This document shows positions 26,801-36,452 of a DNA stretch of 47,724 bases, in pieces; position 1 is the first letter of the stretch; every line of letters starts with the position of its first letter. The position numbers and the translations under genes were made by a program. The notes beneath the pieces were generated by a model. It made no database searches. It worked only from the letters and a program-made list of their open reading frames with translations, and was not told the DNA's origin. Source of the stretch: Deinococcales bacterium (GTDB taxonomy: Bacteria; Deinococcota; Deinococci; Deinococcales; JAAFIG01); assembly GCA_031414595.1 (NCBI GenBank), contig JANNVX010000051.1, positions 1 to 47,724 on the forward strand, read 5' to 3'.

Positions 26801-29800
26801 TTGGTTTAATGCCTCGAGTGCCACGGGGACTTTTTCGGGGGTCAAAACCCAAGTCGGCAATGCCAGTGGGGTGCTGAATCTAAACGGTAATGCCCTAGAT
26901 TTAGAAGCTCGAGCCGAACGTGCCACGGCGCAGACATCGGCGGGTCTGGTGACGGCTTTGGGTCTAAGTGCCACAAGCCAAGGCGTGGTGGGACGCTTAC
27001 CAATTCGTTTTAAGGCAGCCAAACTCGAGGCGACTGGCTTTGAGGCGAACGCCCTCTTTAATCAAGTCAGTGGCACAGTCACAATTGCACAAAGCCAGAG
27101 TTTTACCGCCAACTTTGAATCTGGCAAAGTCCAGCACCCAGAAGCAAACGCCACCATTGGGGCTGGACAGATTTCTGGGAATTTACGTAGTCAGAACCTC
27201 GAGACCCGTTTTTCACTGCCCATATTAAATGCTTCGGCTCGAGGCGAAAATGCCAAAATCAGTGCCAAAGGAAGTTTAGGACTGAACTTAGACCAACCAA
27301 GCAAGAATTGGCGTGGCAATCTCGAGGCAGTTGCAGTTAGCGCTGACTGGCGTTTAGGAGCATCTGGAAATTGGCAGAATTTGAATGTTACAGGTTATTT
27401 GCCAACCCGTCTCTCGAGTTTGGCTGGGGTGGAATTACCAACGTATTTACAAACTAACGTGGCAGTAAACGGCAGACTTGGTTTACCGAGTCTGCAATAC
27501 AACCTAGGACTGATTGCCAAACTTCCAGCCTTACAATTAAATGCCAGCCTCAAAGGACAAAACACGGTTTTTCAAGCTCGGCTCGAGGCAAAAGATACGG
27601 CAAAGGGTAAAGGCACACTTGTTTACGCTTCTAGTGGTTTGGCTTCGGTGGATTTCAGCAATTTGGATATAACTGCTCTCAGTCAAGTCCAAGGCACAAT
27701 TTCAGGGCAGCTTGCACTAAACAAAAAATCTTTGCGGGGCAACTTAAACGGCAATCTGGCAGGGTTTCCTGTTACCGCAACTTGGCTCGAGAATGATGCT
27801 TTTAGCGGCGAAATTGGTGGAGTGTTGCCCGTTCAAATGAAGTCTGGTAAATGGCTTTTTCCACTCGAGACGGTACTTGAACTTGAAACTCAAGCCTCCG
27901 AACTGCCGATTCGTGGCAAGGCTAGATTCAACCTCTCGAACTTTCGCGGACAAGGACAACTGGAATTGCTGACGTACAAACAAAACCTTGGCAATGGCGA
28001 ACTGATATTAAATCCGCAAGTCATGCCTTTTCAAATTGCCCTACAAGATGGTTTGCGGTTTCGCCTCGAGAATCCTGCTGGGGCATTGCGTTTTGTGGCT
28101 GAATCTTGGAGTGGTCAGCTTGGTTTGGCGTACACGGCTTTTAACCAAGTTGGCACGGCGACGGCTCGAGTTTCTGGCGGATTGAGCAACCCTAATCTAA
28201 GCCTTGAAACCACGGGATTATTGCAATTAAAAGGCTCTGGCAACCTTGAAAAAGCCCAAGCCAATGGGCGTTTAGCCTTGCAACCACTTTTAGCCTCGCT
28301 TCCCAAAGAATTACAAACTGGTATAAAAGCTGGTTCGGCTGGCTTTGAGGCAACTTGGAAGGCTGGGGTTTTAGGCTTCAAAACTTCGCTCGAGAATACG
28401 CAACTCGACCAACAAGCCGTGCGCTTAAATCTATCAGGGCAGTTTAGAAACACCGTCTGGAATGCCAAAGGTGATGTGGCGACTGGCTCGAGTCTCTCGA
28501 GTTTTGAAGTTTCTAACACGGGCTTCAAAGCCGAAAAACTCGATTTAGATTTGCGTTTGGCACGGCTTTTTGCTTTGGATTTAAGCGGGCGTGTCAGTGG
28601 ACAAATTGAATTGCCGATGTATGACCTTGGCAAGCTCGAGGCGAATCTGAAAATCCTAGAAGCCCGAGGTTTTGGTGTAAGTGCCAATGGCACACTGCAA
28701 GCCAGTCGCGGCTCGGTGACAACAACTTTACGCGGTTCTACTCCCTTAAATCTGGATTATGGTATCTCTGGAGCGGTTTACCCAAACCTCAATGCCGCAC
28801 TGGAACTTGGGCAACTGACTGGTTTGGTTACGGGCAGCCAACTCGAGACCAATAATCGTGTGCTGGATTTGAATTTGCGTGGTTTGTATCTTGAGAAAAA
28901 TTCAAAACTCACAGCAACAATTCGTGGTGATGACCTTCAAGCCAATGCCACATGGGATGCAGCCAACCTAATTGCAACTGGTAAAATCTCGGATTTAAGT
29001 GCTGTTGGCAGACTCGAGATTACCGATTTACAAGGTATTGCGGGTCTGGCAGGAAGTGCCAAAGCCAAACTCGAGTACCAAAAAAACACCTTAAGCATTC
29101 TTGACATTGCGGCAGACGCGGCTGGTTTTAAGGCAACGGGCAGCGCCAAATATGCCGACGGAGCATTACAACTCGAGCAGTTTAAGGTAATTGGCTCGGA
29201 CATTGTTGCCTTCGGGTCTGGGCAGCTTTTGCCCAAACTCGAGCTTCTAGGCACTGCCAAAACCACCTTTGCTTTTGCGCCTACCGATTTAACTTGGGAG
29301 GCTTTGGGGACACTCGAGCAGCCAAAGGTGAGTGCCAAGGGTGTACTACAAGAAGCCAGTCTTGGTTTGGTTGCGCCAAACACTGCCCTAGAAGCCACAT
29401 TTGATGGTCAGAATTGGCGTTTACAATTGGCTGGGCAAGCGCTTTCTGGGGTAATTGAAGGTGGTTTGAGCTTTGTCTCGAGCGCTAATCTGCGCCTTAA
29501 TGCGCCAATTGTTTTTGAAGAGAATCGCTTAACCGCCTCTGGGAATCTGGCATGGAACACCAAAGCTGGTTTTTCGGGTGGTTTGAATGTCCTCGGGCAG
29601 TTATTTGGCGAGTCTGGCGGCTTAAAAATTCTTGGACGCAACGAACTCGAGATTATCAGTACATGGCGTGACTTAAACCTAAAAGCCACTTTACCCAGTC
29701 AAATTGGCTCAGAACTTGAGGCGAAACTTGAGTTAGAGCGTGTGGATGTTGGGGCTTTTTATGGCAAACCCAAAGTTGTTTGGCTCGAGGGCGAGGGCAA

Positions 29801-32800
29801 GGCAACTGGGCAATGGACAAATCCGCAAATTGTTTTTTCGGGCTTACTAAGCAGTACAGATAAAGTCTTAGACTCGAGTCTGAAATTGACCTATAAAAAC
29901 AATCAAGCCGACTTAAGTGTAGCTGGCACGGCTTTGAACGCCCAAGGTACTTGGAACAATGGCACTTGGAAAGCGACAAGCACAACCAGGAACCTCGCGC
30001 TTGAAACGTACTTACCCGATAATCTTCTGCCCAAGGAACTCGAGCAGGTGCTTATTTCTGGTTCGTTTGCAGCTTCGGGAGAGGGCAGCACATGGGCAGT
30101 CAGCAGTCCCAATCTTGATGTTGTAGCAACCGTGGACACACTGGGCAAGGCAAGGGTTCAAGGCAGTGCCGAACTCAGTCCAGAATTACTCGAGACCAAT
30201 CTAAAACTCGAGGTGTTAAACGGCAGCAGCCAAATTGAAGCCAAAATCCAAAATCCACTCGAGACGAGTAAAGCCACCCTAAAAGTGCAAGCTGAACTGA
30301 ATAAACTTGATGCAGGACGACTGGGGACTTTAGGGGTTAAAGGCTTGGTGTCTGGCAAATTGAACTTAACCGGTGCATTACTCGAGCCAGAAGTTAGTGC
30401 TAGTTTAGAAGTTCTCAACGCTGGTTTACAAAATGAAACTTGGTTTGTCAGCAGTAACTTAGAAGCCAAAGGTCAATTACTCAATCCTGCTCTGAACGGC
30501 AAGGCATTTTTATCGGGGACTGGCAAAGGCAATTTTACTTGGGGGGCTGCCGAAATTCTTTCTAAAACCCCGACGGTTCGTTTTAATGGTCTTGCCGAAC
30601 TGCCAATTGCTCGAGTGCAAGGACAACTCGAGGGGAGTTTGCCGAATTTACTTGGACAACTTGAACTCAAAACTTCTCAATTACCCGAAGCTATTTCGTT
30701 GTCTGGATTGGGTGATGGTAACTATAAAATTAGCAGTCCCGAACTTGCCAATGGCACATTCAACCTCAAAACCCAAGACTCTTGGCTCGAGAGTGCTTTA
30801 AGTGGAAAAATCCGCGTTAATGGTCAAACTGACCTTGTGGTGCAGGGTTTAGATGCTACGGTGTTAGGGGATGTTGTACTGGCTGGAACACTGACCAAAC
30901 CAGTCGTGAAGCTCGAGAATACTGCCATCACCAGAACCGATGCGACGGTGCTAAGCGCGGGAGAACTATACCCTGTTCTGGATTTACAAGGCAGCTTAGA
31001 GAGTCGTTTTGAATTCGCTCCTGCAAAGCTGGCGTACACCTTAACGGGAACATTTGAAAAACCAGACCTGAACATTTTTGGCGTACTCGGCACAGCCCAA
31101 CTTGGTTTAATTGCTCCAGACACACAAATCAAAGGCACTTTCGATGGTCAAAATTGGCGTTTGGACTTGGCAGGAGAAGCTCTTTCGGGGGTTCTCGAGG
31201 GGGGGCTGCTGAGTTTGTCTCGAGCCGAATTAAAACTCAATGCGCCGATTGTTTATTTGGATTCGCAATTGACAGCCCTTGGCGACCTAACTTGGAATAC
31301 CAAGCAGGGTTTTGGTGGCAACCTGAATCTGGTTGGGCAATTATTTGGGCAGGACAGCAAACTCGAACTAGCCGGTAAAAATAATTTGGAAGCCAATTTG
31401 CGTTGGAAAAACGGGGCATTACGCGCTTCACTGCCGAATCCGACTGCCGAAAAACTAACAGCCTCTTGGGAATTTTTGGATTTTGACTTGGGTGCATGGT
31501 GGCAAAAACCAGACCAGCTTCGTATTTCGGGGACTGGGCAGGTTTTGGGGACTTGGACAAAGCCAGAATTGGTCTTTGATGGTGCGCTCGACAGCACCGA
31601 CAATTCGCTTGATGCCAAACTAGGAGCGCAGTACCAAGGCAGTGTTATCAGTGCCAAGCTCGAGGGTGCAAAAGCCAAACTCGAGGGAAAGTATGAAAAT
31701 GGTATTTGGAAAGCCACCGGAAGCCTGAAAAAAGTTTCTCTGGCGGCGCTCTTGCCAAGTTCGGTGCAGTCCCTCGAGACCAGCCTTGAATTTAACGCCA
31801 GTGGTGATGACCAAGGTTTGAGTGTTGAATTGCAATCACTCGAGACCAGTGGCAAACTCGAGACGATAGGGGTGTTTAGTGCCAGTGGTGCAGCCAAACT
31901 CGAGGGGCAGTATGAAAAAACTGGTTTAGAAGGCAGTTTGGAATTAAAAAATGTGGAACTTCAAGCACTGGATGGCACAGCTAAAATCAATGGAAAACTC
32001 GGGGCAAAAAATGCACCGCCAGCCTTATTTATCAGTCTGAATAATCTGAATCTCGAGTCTTTTGGCTTTACGGGACGTGCTTTTGCCGAACTTGATTTGG
32101 CTGGAACATTATCCAATCCAATCGTGTCTGGCAATCTGCGCGGTACGGATTTGGGCTTAAAGGATGAAAAATGGTCGGTGGATGCCAATTTAGCTCTTAG
32201 CCGAGAATTACTCAATCCAGAATTCTCGGGCAACTTAGATTTCAAAGGCACGGGCAGTGGACAGTTTAATATTGCTATGTCCGACCTGCTCTCAAACCGC
32301 CCAAATCTGGCACTGACGGGCGAGGCAAAACTCCCATTCCTAAGTGCCAAAGGTAGTCTGGCGGGGCAATTTCCAAACCTACAAGGTAATCTGGATGTGA
32401 CCCTGCCGACTGCACCAATTGCCCTGCGTCAAATTAAACTCGAGGGGATACAGGGGAGTAAATTACAATTATCGGTTCAAGATGTGCTGCAAGGTCAACT
32501 TGAGCTAGTAGCCGCTAAAACCCTGCTTGGCACGGGCTTAAAAGGTAAATTTGCGGTCAATGCCTTCCTCAGTACGGCGCTTGAAGGGATTCTAAACGGC
32601 GCAGATGGTCAGTTAAATGGCGAACTCGAGGTTACAGGGTCGCTCGAGGAACCAATGGTGAGTTTACTTGGTAGCTTAAAAAATGCGGCTGTAAGTGGTG
32701 TCAAACTCGCCGATGCGACAATTGCTGGACAGTATCAAAATGGTTTAGCGGGAATCCTGCGTTTCAAAAATGGCGAAATCAAACTCGAGGACAACCGTTT

Positions 32801-35800
32801 AAGTGCCAGTAACGTTCCGCTTGAGGTGGCTGGGGTGAGGGCGTTAATCAATGCCACAGGACGCACCGCACCGTTTGACCTGAACTTCTCGAGTGCCGTG
32901 TCTGGTAATGCGACTGGCACAATCGAGGGGCGGTACATCAATCAGCAATTGGGGCTAAAACTCGACCTTTTAGCCAGTGGGATTCGGGCGCTTGGTACTG
33001 CCAGCAACAGCCCTGCTGGTTGGGCTGGACAAATAAGTGTAAGCGGCTTACCTAAAGCTGCGCCAATCAGTGGTAAAAGCCTGACTGGAACAGCCCAACT
33101 GAGTATTTCTGGGGCTTTGGCTGAACCAATCCTCAACGGCACTGGTGATTTGTATGGAGCAAAATTTATCCTGAATGGTAGCTTATCGCCACTGAAAGCC
33201 AGTTTACAATTGCTCGAGGCGGGTTCTGGCAGGTTATTACTTGAGGACAACAAGTTATCGGGCAAAATAGTCTACCAAGATGATGTGCTTGCTCTCGAGC
33301 TTGGGGCTTCGGGTTCTTTAAGCATCCCAAGTGCCAATCTTCAAGCCAAAGTTGGTGCATTACAAGCCAGTGCCAAAGTCAGGCTCGAGACCAACCAAAT
33401 CAATGCCAGTTTGGATTTAAGCGATGGTCAAGACAAAGGGCGTTTTACGTTTGACAATGGGCATGTTTTTGGAACAATACAAAACTTGTCTTTAGCCAGT
33501 ACAGGTTTAGCTGGTTACGCTGGAACACTGAACATCAAAGCTGATTTGCAACAAGACCAAAACAGTGATTTTGGTTGGCAAGGCACAGCCGATGCCAATT
33601 GGCAGAACTTAAAAACCCCGCTTGAAGTGCCTTCCCTAGGCTGGAAAATAGATGGTTCTGGCAAGGCTGTTCTTAGCACCAACCCAGTGCGGGTCTTACT
33701 CGAGTACAAAGGAACACCTGGAGTCGCCAGTGGCGATTTGGCGTTTAGAAAAGGCTTATGGCAAGGCGACTTAGACGTGGATTTACAAGGCGCAGAAGGC
33801 AAGGGGGCAGTCAAAGGTAAGGTGCGAGCCGACGAAAAAGGCATCACGGGCGATTTAACCGCTCAGAATTTACCTGTGTCCTACTCGGGTGTGCAGGCAA
33901 CGGTTTCGGGTAAAGTGGATTTGAATGGCGATTCATTTGAATTACTAGGTAGTGGTAAAGCCCTAGGCGGAGATATTCGCTTGGATGGCAAAGGTGGTTT
34001 GTCTGACCTCATACCTCTGCTCGAGGCGTACACCAAAACCCAACCGGGTGACTTACCCATAAATCTGAATGCCAGTGTTTTTACAGTGCGTTTACAAGAC
34101 CTTGCCCAGATTCGATTCTTTGCCCCTTACTTAAAAGGACGAGTCAATGGCAGATTAAAAATCGTTGGTGACGCAATTGGTTTTCAACTGAACTTACCCG
34201 AAGTGAGTTTGCCCGATCAAAACGGTCAAAAAATCATTATGGCAGCCAATGTCAACGGAACATTAGCGGGAAATTTAGTCAGTTATTCAGGTGCATTTTT
34301 TGATACGCAAAACCAAAATCCAAACCCTGACACCATTGCCTTAATAGGTGTTGGCAGGTCAAATTTTGTGGGTCGCTTCAATGGCAAAGTTGCTACTGGA
34401 CAACTCGAGTTGCGTCGCGCCCCACTTCATGCTTTAGCAGCCAGTATCCTTGGAGAAATGCCCGGTACTGCCCTTGCGACTGGTTTTGCACGTTATGAAA
34501 TCCCAGTGGACAACTTATTAGCCTCAACCATCAAAATGGATTTTGTACCGCTCGAGGTCTCTGGTGGTGGTGATGTGCTGCGTGGCAAAGGGCGCTTAAT
34601 TTATAGCAATGGCAATCTGCAATTTGATGACCTGATTTTGCGTGGCAAGGGCGAATGGCGAATCAATGGCAATTATGCCAAAGACAAAGTGGATTTAGCA
34701 ATGTCGTTTAAGAACACCGTCTTTACCCCCATTTTAGATTTAATCCCGCAAATTAAAGACTACGACCCTCGAGCCACGGGTAGTTTGGATTTGCAACTGA
34801 GTGGGGCTTACGGCAAACCTGATGCTAAAGTCAGCCTCAAAGACCTGACCGCTTCAATCAGTGGGGTGCAACTAACCGCCAAAGAACTGCTTGGCAGCTT
34901 AGACAAAGGCGCATTGCAAGTTCGTGGTGTTCTGGTTTCCGATGACACACTTGGCGCAACCCTTGACACCACCGCCAAAGCCAAACTGATTTCCTATACC
35001 CCTATTCAACTCGAGGACTTAGAAGCCAATGCCTCGGGTAGCTTGAACATCAGCCCAATTGGTTTAATAAAAGACATTAAAGCCCGAGTTTACGGTGATT
35101 CTGGTGGTTTTAAGCTCGATATGGCTGGCAAAAAAGGTGGCAACTTGGCAATTCGAGGGGACATTAGCCCACGCCTAAAATTAAAACTCGAGGGTAAAGC
35201 CCTGATGATGCCAATTCCAGATTACTTTGTGGCAGATAGTTTACTCGATGCCGTCCTGACTTTTGAAGGAGACGGCGGACGTTACTATGATGTCGGTGGG
35301 CAGTTAAACATTGCGCGTTTACAAACCCAGTTACAACAAAATAATAGCCCCGCAAGCACCCCCAAACCAAGCACCCCCAGCAACAGTAGACCCAATCCGT
35401 TTTTACAACAAGTGCGTTTTCGGGGCATTGAAATCACGGCGGCTCAAGGTTTACGGGTTTCAGAGTCATTTGCCACCCTCGAGGCTGGCGGCAAGTTGCT
35501 GCTCACGGGAACAATGGCAAACCCCGAACTCAGTGGGGCGCTCGAAGCTGTGGGAGGTTCTGGCGGACGCGGCTCGGTACGCCTTGGGATTAACAATTAC
35601 AACATTCAAACGGCGGTGGCTGCTTTTAGCCCCATCGAAGGAATTTATCCAAGTATCGAAATTAAATCTAAAGGCGAAGTCAAAGCCTCTTGCACGACGG
35701 TCGCCACACCATCCACAACAACAGTTCTGGCTATCCCAATAGACCTCACCATTCGGGTACGGTGGCTGCCAGACAGTAAAAACCCAAATCTAAAACGCAT

Positions 35801-36389
35801 AGATGTACAACCTACCGTACAAGGTAACTGCCCAGACAATGGCACATACCGCCGTTTGGAAGCCGCCGAATTGTACTCGCTAGTCACCCTCGGCAGCAGC
35901 AACGCCAATCTTGGTGGACTGGCACAACAATCGCTGGACACGGTTTTATCGGTCTTTATTTTGGGGGAACTGACCCGACAAATTAAAGCCGCCACGGGCA
36001 TAGACATAGATTTTCGCAGTAACCTGATTGAAGTCGTTGCCCAGAACATCTCCGACCCTGCCACCCAAGCGGCGATTAACTTTACGCTGAATTTTGGCGT
36101 GGATTTATCTCGAGCCGTGCGTTTGAATGTCCAATTGAACAACAATATCAATCGCACCCTTGGCGGAGAAGTTGGCTTAAATATCCAATCCGAAGATGGT
36201 CAGTTTGGAATTCGTTTTAGCACCCCATTTAACTTTGTAGGCAATAATTTCTTTAATACCACCAAACCAGAAGTGCAACTGACTTGGAATTTCTTACCGA
36301 GTGCGGGTGTGAGCTTGACTGGGTTTTTCTTGCCGAATCAACCGCAATTTACTTTTGGTATTAAACTTGGTTTTAGCATTAGGTTTTAG
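23880..36389 (+). CDS. tamB: Giant TamB/AsmA-like translocation-and-assembly module protein (4169 aa)
   Basis: Single N-terminal TM anchor; long Gly/Leu-rich beta-strand repeats with GxLxxP motifs; DUF490-like C-terminal region (LLLTGTMANPELSG); ends in the beta-signal-like GFSIRF. Confidence 0.85.
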   Translation: MMRRWFAFFAGIIVLLGLVVFLAAGSQPALRFALAQAKAAGFEINAKTLRGNLFLGVEAVDATIKSAFISGSGASIRAKYNLVTLLQKKELRLEASVSGGRLSFDPAGLPPVPEGGEPPPIHVFLDSANLSDTVFEFIGKNIFVPDAKVTLLSQSALPSQNGKTRGNVRVKLESKDGGGFATALYEFGKDFEPNLVIDTELDAAVANYWLKPIPMDIQGGKLRGTVRVTATSVSADATLENGAVEVLPNLVASNIAGRASFDTNGLVKAKLTGQGLGGSLQADFELSTKPKQEYWKINGKLRPRLEQIMKTFANGTPGKGALEVTVSGGGWQKLKLNGSVKGLETLEAAGFPVQNLRGTWQFTDHLEVSASAVTKIGMDSLNAVADIKSVGEKIVITPELTGIFLNAPLELSGIIQVLGEKIGINAGGAILRGDVDAQINLQGEKISGTGKFGSVQLPLPKPVVSSVNGTAKLSGTVNNLLIAGFLNPASLEIPAIDLNNISGAYKLRFNGKALTAEANLADGAVVANGAIINTDGTPARGSVFVRGLRFEPGGQADYNAQYVLNGAGIALAGVARGYNLNFSEVKLDDLTGVLSVAVGQEIRGRWNASKLLATFTDKSLNLRPRDWRVRAAGETAFVGGDLTLTYDQLKTTGKLTGKTRFGTITALGQGSQIGLSGRAGFNGLQAALNGALQLEPFNLRLAAVPQNKSLGGKILLVADQDFQVSGNLESNGQDLQIGFTKTGLSAKGKLDLSALAPVFPVGTRDLLKGIADINISGSSGTGLVRGVVAGIPIEARLRSNNLQISTEVRVTGGQFAGATVSGEVFPSVNARVNYVGLSARVRGSYDNLGINGSGTLPASLLAGTGLSLASNQFTLTGRYQNGLLTASGRVGGLQIRNAKLENGVLGADFSGDLAGTYQAEPLRLQGLNGSLEQRGSRLEVRATAKSALGVFRGSPISAGGVTANFSQQNNKNIFWFNASSATGTFSGVKTQVGNASGVLNLNGNALDLEARAERATAQTSAGLVTALGLSATSQGVVGRLPIRFKAAKLEATGFEANALFNQVSGTVTIAQSQSFTANFESGKVQHPEANATIGAGQISGNLRSQNLETRFSLPILNASARGENAKISAKGSLGLNLDQPSKNWRGNLEAVAVSADWRLGASGNWQNLNVTGYLPTRLSSLAGVELPTYLQTNVAVNGRLGLPSLQYNLGLIAKLPALQLNASLKGQNTVFQARLEAKDTAKGKGTLVYASSGLASVDFSNLDITALSQVQGTISGQLALNKKSLRGNLNGNLAGFPVTATWLENDAFSGEIGGVLPVQMKSGKWLFPLETVLELETQASELPIRGKARFNLSNFRGQGQLELLTYKQNLGNGELILNPQVMPFQIALQDGLRFRLENPAGALRFVAESWSGQLGLAYTAFNQVGTATARVSGGLSNPNLSLETTGLLQLKGSGNLEKAQANGRLALQPLLASLPKELQTGIKAGSAGFEATWKAGVLGFKTSLENTQLDQQAVRLNLSGQFRNTVWNAKGDVATGSSLSSFEVSNTGFKAEKLDLDLRLARLFALDLSGRVSGQIELPMYDLGKLEANLKILEARGFGVSANGTLQASRGSVTTTLRGSTPLNLDYGISGAVYPNLNAALELGQLTGLVTGSQLETNNRVLDLNLRGLYLEKNSKLTATIRGDDLQANATWDAANLIATGKISDLSAVGRLEITDLQGIAGLAGSAKAKLEYQKNTLSILDIAADAAGFKATGSAKYADGALQLEQFKVIGSDIVAFGSGQLLPKLELLGTAKTTFAFAPTDLTWEALGTLEQPKVSAKGVLQEASLGLVAPNTALEATFDGQNWRLQLAGQALSGVIEGGLSFVSSANLRLNAPIVFEENRLTASGNLAWNTKAGFSGGLNVLGQLFGESGGLKILGRNELEIISTWRDLNLKATLPSQIGSELEAKLELERVDVGAFYGKPKVVWLEGEGKATGQWTNPQIVFSGLLSSTDKVLDSSLKLTYKNNQADLSVAGTALNAQGTWNNGTWKATSTTRNLALETYLPDNLLPKELEQVLISGSFAASGEGSTWAVSSPNLDVVATVDTLGKARVQGSAELSPELLETNLKLEVLNGSSQIEAKIQNPLETSKATLKVQAELNKLDAGRLGTLGVKGLVSGKLNLTGALLEPEVSASLEVLNAGLQNETWFVSSNLEAKGQLLNPALNGKAFLSGTGKGNFTWGAAEILSKTPTVRFNGLAELPIARVQGQLEGSLPNLLGQLELKTSQLPEAISLSGLGDGNYKISSPELANGTFNLKTQDSWLESALSGKIRVNGQTDLVVQGLDATVLGDVVLAGTLTKPVVKLENTAITRTDATVLSAGELYPVLDLQGSLESRFEFAPAKLAYTLTGTFEKPDLNIFGVLGTAQLGLIAPDTQIKGTFDGQNWRLDLAGEALSGVLEGGLLSLSRAELKLNAPIVYLDSQLTALGDLTWNTKQGFGGNLNLVGQLFGQDSKLELAGKNNLEANLRWKNGALRASLPNPTAEKLTASWEFLDFDLGAWWQKPDQLRISGTGQVLGTWTKPELVFDGALDSTDNSLDAKLGAQYQGSVISAKLEGAKAKLEGKYENGIWKATGSLKKVSLAALLPSSVQSLETSLEFNASGDDQGLSVELQSLETSGKLETIGVFSASGAAKLEGQYEKTGLEGSLELKNVELQALDGTAKINGKLGAKNAPPALFISLNNLNLESFGFTGRAFAELDLAGTLSNPIVSGNLRGTDLGLKDEKWSVDANLALSRELLNPEFSGNLDFKGTGSGQFNIAMSDLLSNRPNLALTGEAKLPFLSAKGSLAGQFPNLQGNLDVTLPTAPIALRQIKLEGIQGSKLQLSVQDVLQGQLELVAAKTLLGTGLKGKFAVNAFLSTALEGILNGADGQLNGELEVTGSLEEPMVSLLGSLKNAAVSGVKLADATIAGQYQNGLAGILRFKNGEIKLEDNRLSASNVPLEVAGVRALINATGRTAPFDLNFSSAVSGNATGTIEGRYINQQLGLKLDLLASGIRALGTASNSPAGWAGQISVSGLPKAAPISGKSLTGTAQLSISGALAEPILNGTGDLYGAKFILNGSLSPLKASLQLLEAGSGRLLLEDNKLSGKIVYQDDVLALELGASGSLSIPSANLQAKVGALQASAKVRLETNQINASLDLSDGQDKGRFTFDNGHVFGTIQNLSLASTGLAGYAGTLNIKADLQQDQNSDFGWQGTADANWQNLKTPLEVPSLGWKIDGSGKAVLSTNPVRVLLEYKGTPGVASGDLAFRKGLWQGDLDVDLQGAEGKGAVKGKVRADEKGITGDLTAQNLPVSYSGVQATVSGKVDLNGDSFELLGSGKALGGDIRLDGKGGLSDLIPLLEAYTKTQPGDLPINLNASVFTVRLQDLAQIRFFAPYLKGRVNGRLKIVGDAIGFQLNLPEVSLPDQNGQKIIMAANVNGTLAGNLVSYSGAFFDTQNQNPNPDTIALIGVGRSNFVGRFNGKVATGQLELRRAPLHALAASILGEMPGTALATGFARYEIPVDNLLASTIKMDFVPLEVSGGGDVLRGKGRLIYSNGNLQFDDLILRGKGEWRINGNYAKDKVDLAMSFKNTVFTPILDLIPQIKDYDPRATGSLDLQLSGAYGKPDAKVSLKDLTASISGVQLTAKELLGSLDKGALQVRGVLVSDDTLGATLDTTAKAKLISYTPIQLEDLEANASGSLNISPIGLIKDIKARVYGDSGGFKLDMAGKKGGNLAIRGDISPRLKLKLEGKALMMPIPDYFVADSLLDAVLTFEGDGGRYYDVGGQLNIARLQTQLQQNNSPASTPKPSTPSNSRPNPFLQQVRFRGIEITAAQGLRVSESFATLEAGGKLLLTGTMANPELSGALEAVGGSGGRGSVRLGINNYNIQTAVAAFSPIEGIYPSIEIKSKGEVKASCTTVATPSTTTVLAIPIDLTIRVRWLPDSKNPNLKRIDVQPTVQGNCPDNGTYRRLEAAELYSLVTLGSSNANLGGLAQQSLDTVLSVFILGELTRQIKAATGIDIDFRSNLIEVVAQNISDPATQAAINFTLNFGVDLSRAVRLNVQLNNNINRTLGGEVGLNIQSEDGQFGIRFSTPFNFVGNNFFNTTKPEVQLTWNFLPSAGVSLTGFFLPNQPQFTFGIKLGFSIRF

Positions 36390-36427
36390 GCTTTGGGCTA
36401 TGAGCTATGAGCTTTGGGCTTTGAGGA
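36390..36427. repeat. Five tandem heptamers GCTWTGR (same family as 11681-11735)
   Basis: GCTTTGG-GCTATGA-GCTATGA-GCTTTGG-GCTTTGA-GGA immediately after the tamB stop. Confidence 0.8.
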
Positions 36428-36452
36428 AAAACATTCTTCAAAATAGCTGAGC

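Noticed and set aside
24190-36157. Many 65-215 aa antisense or alternate-frame ORFs within tamB, and similar ones inside other genes
   Set aside because: Shadow ORFs of well-supported CDSs, with no motifs or expression signals.
23880-36389. Giant ORF as adhesin, toxin or phage tail protein
   Set aside because: The N-terminal anchor, GxLxxP beta repeats and C-terminal region fit TamB/AsmA. There are no RTX, RHS or phage neighbours.
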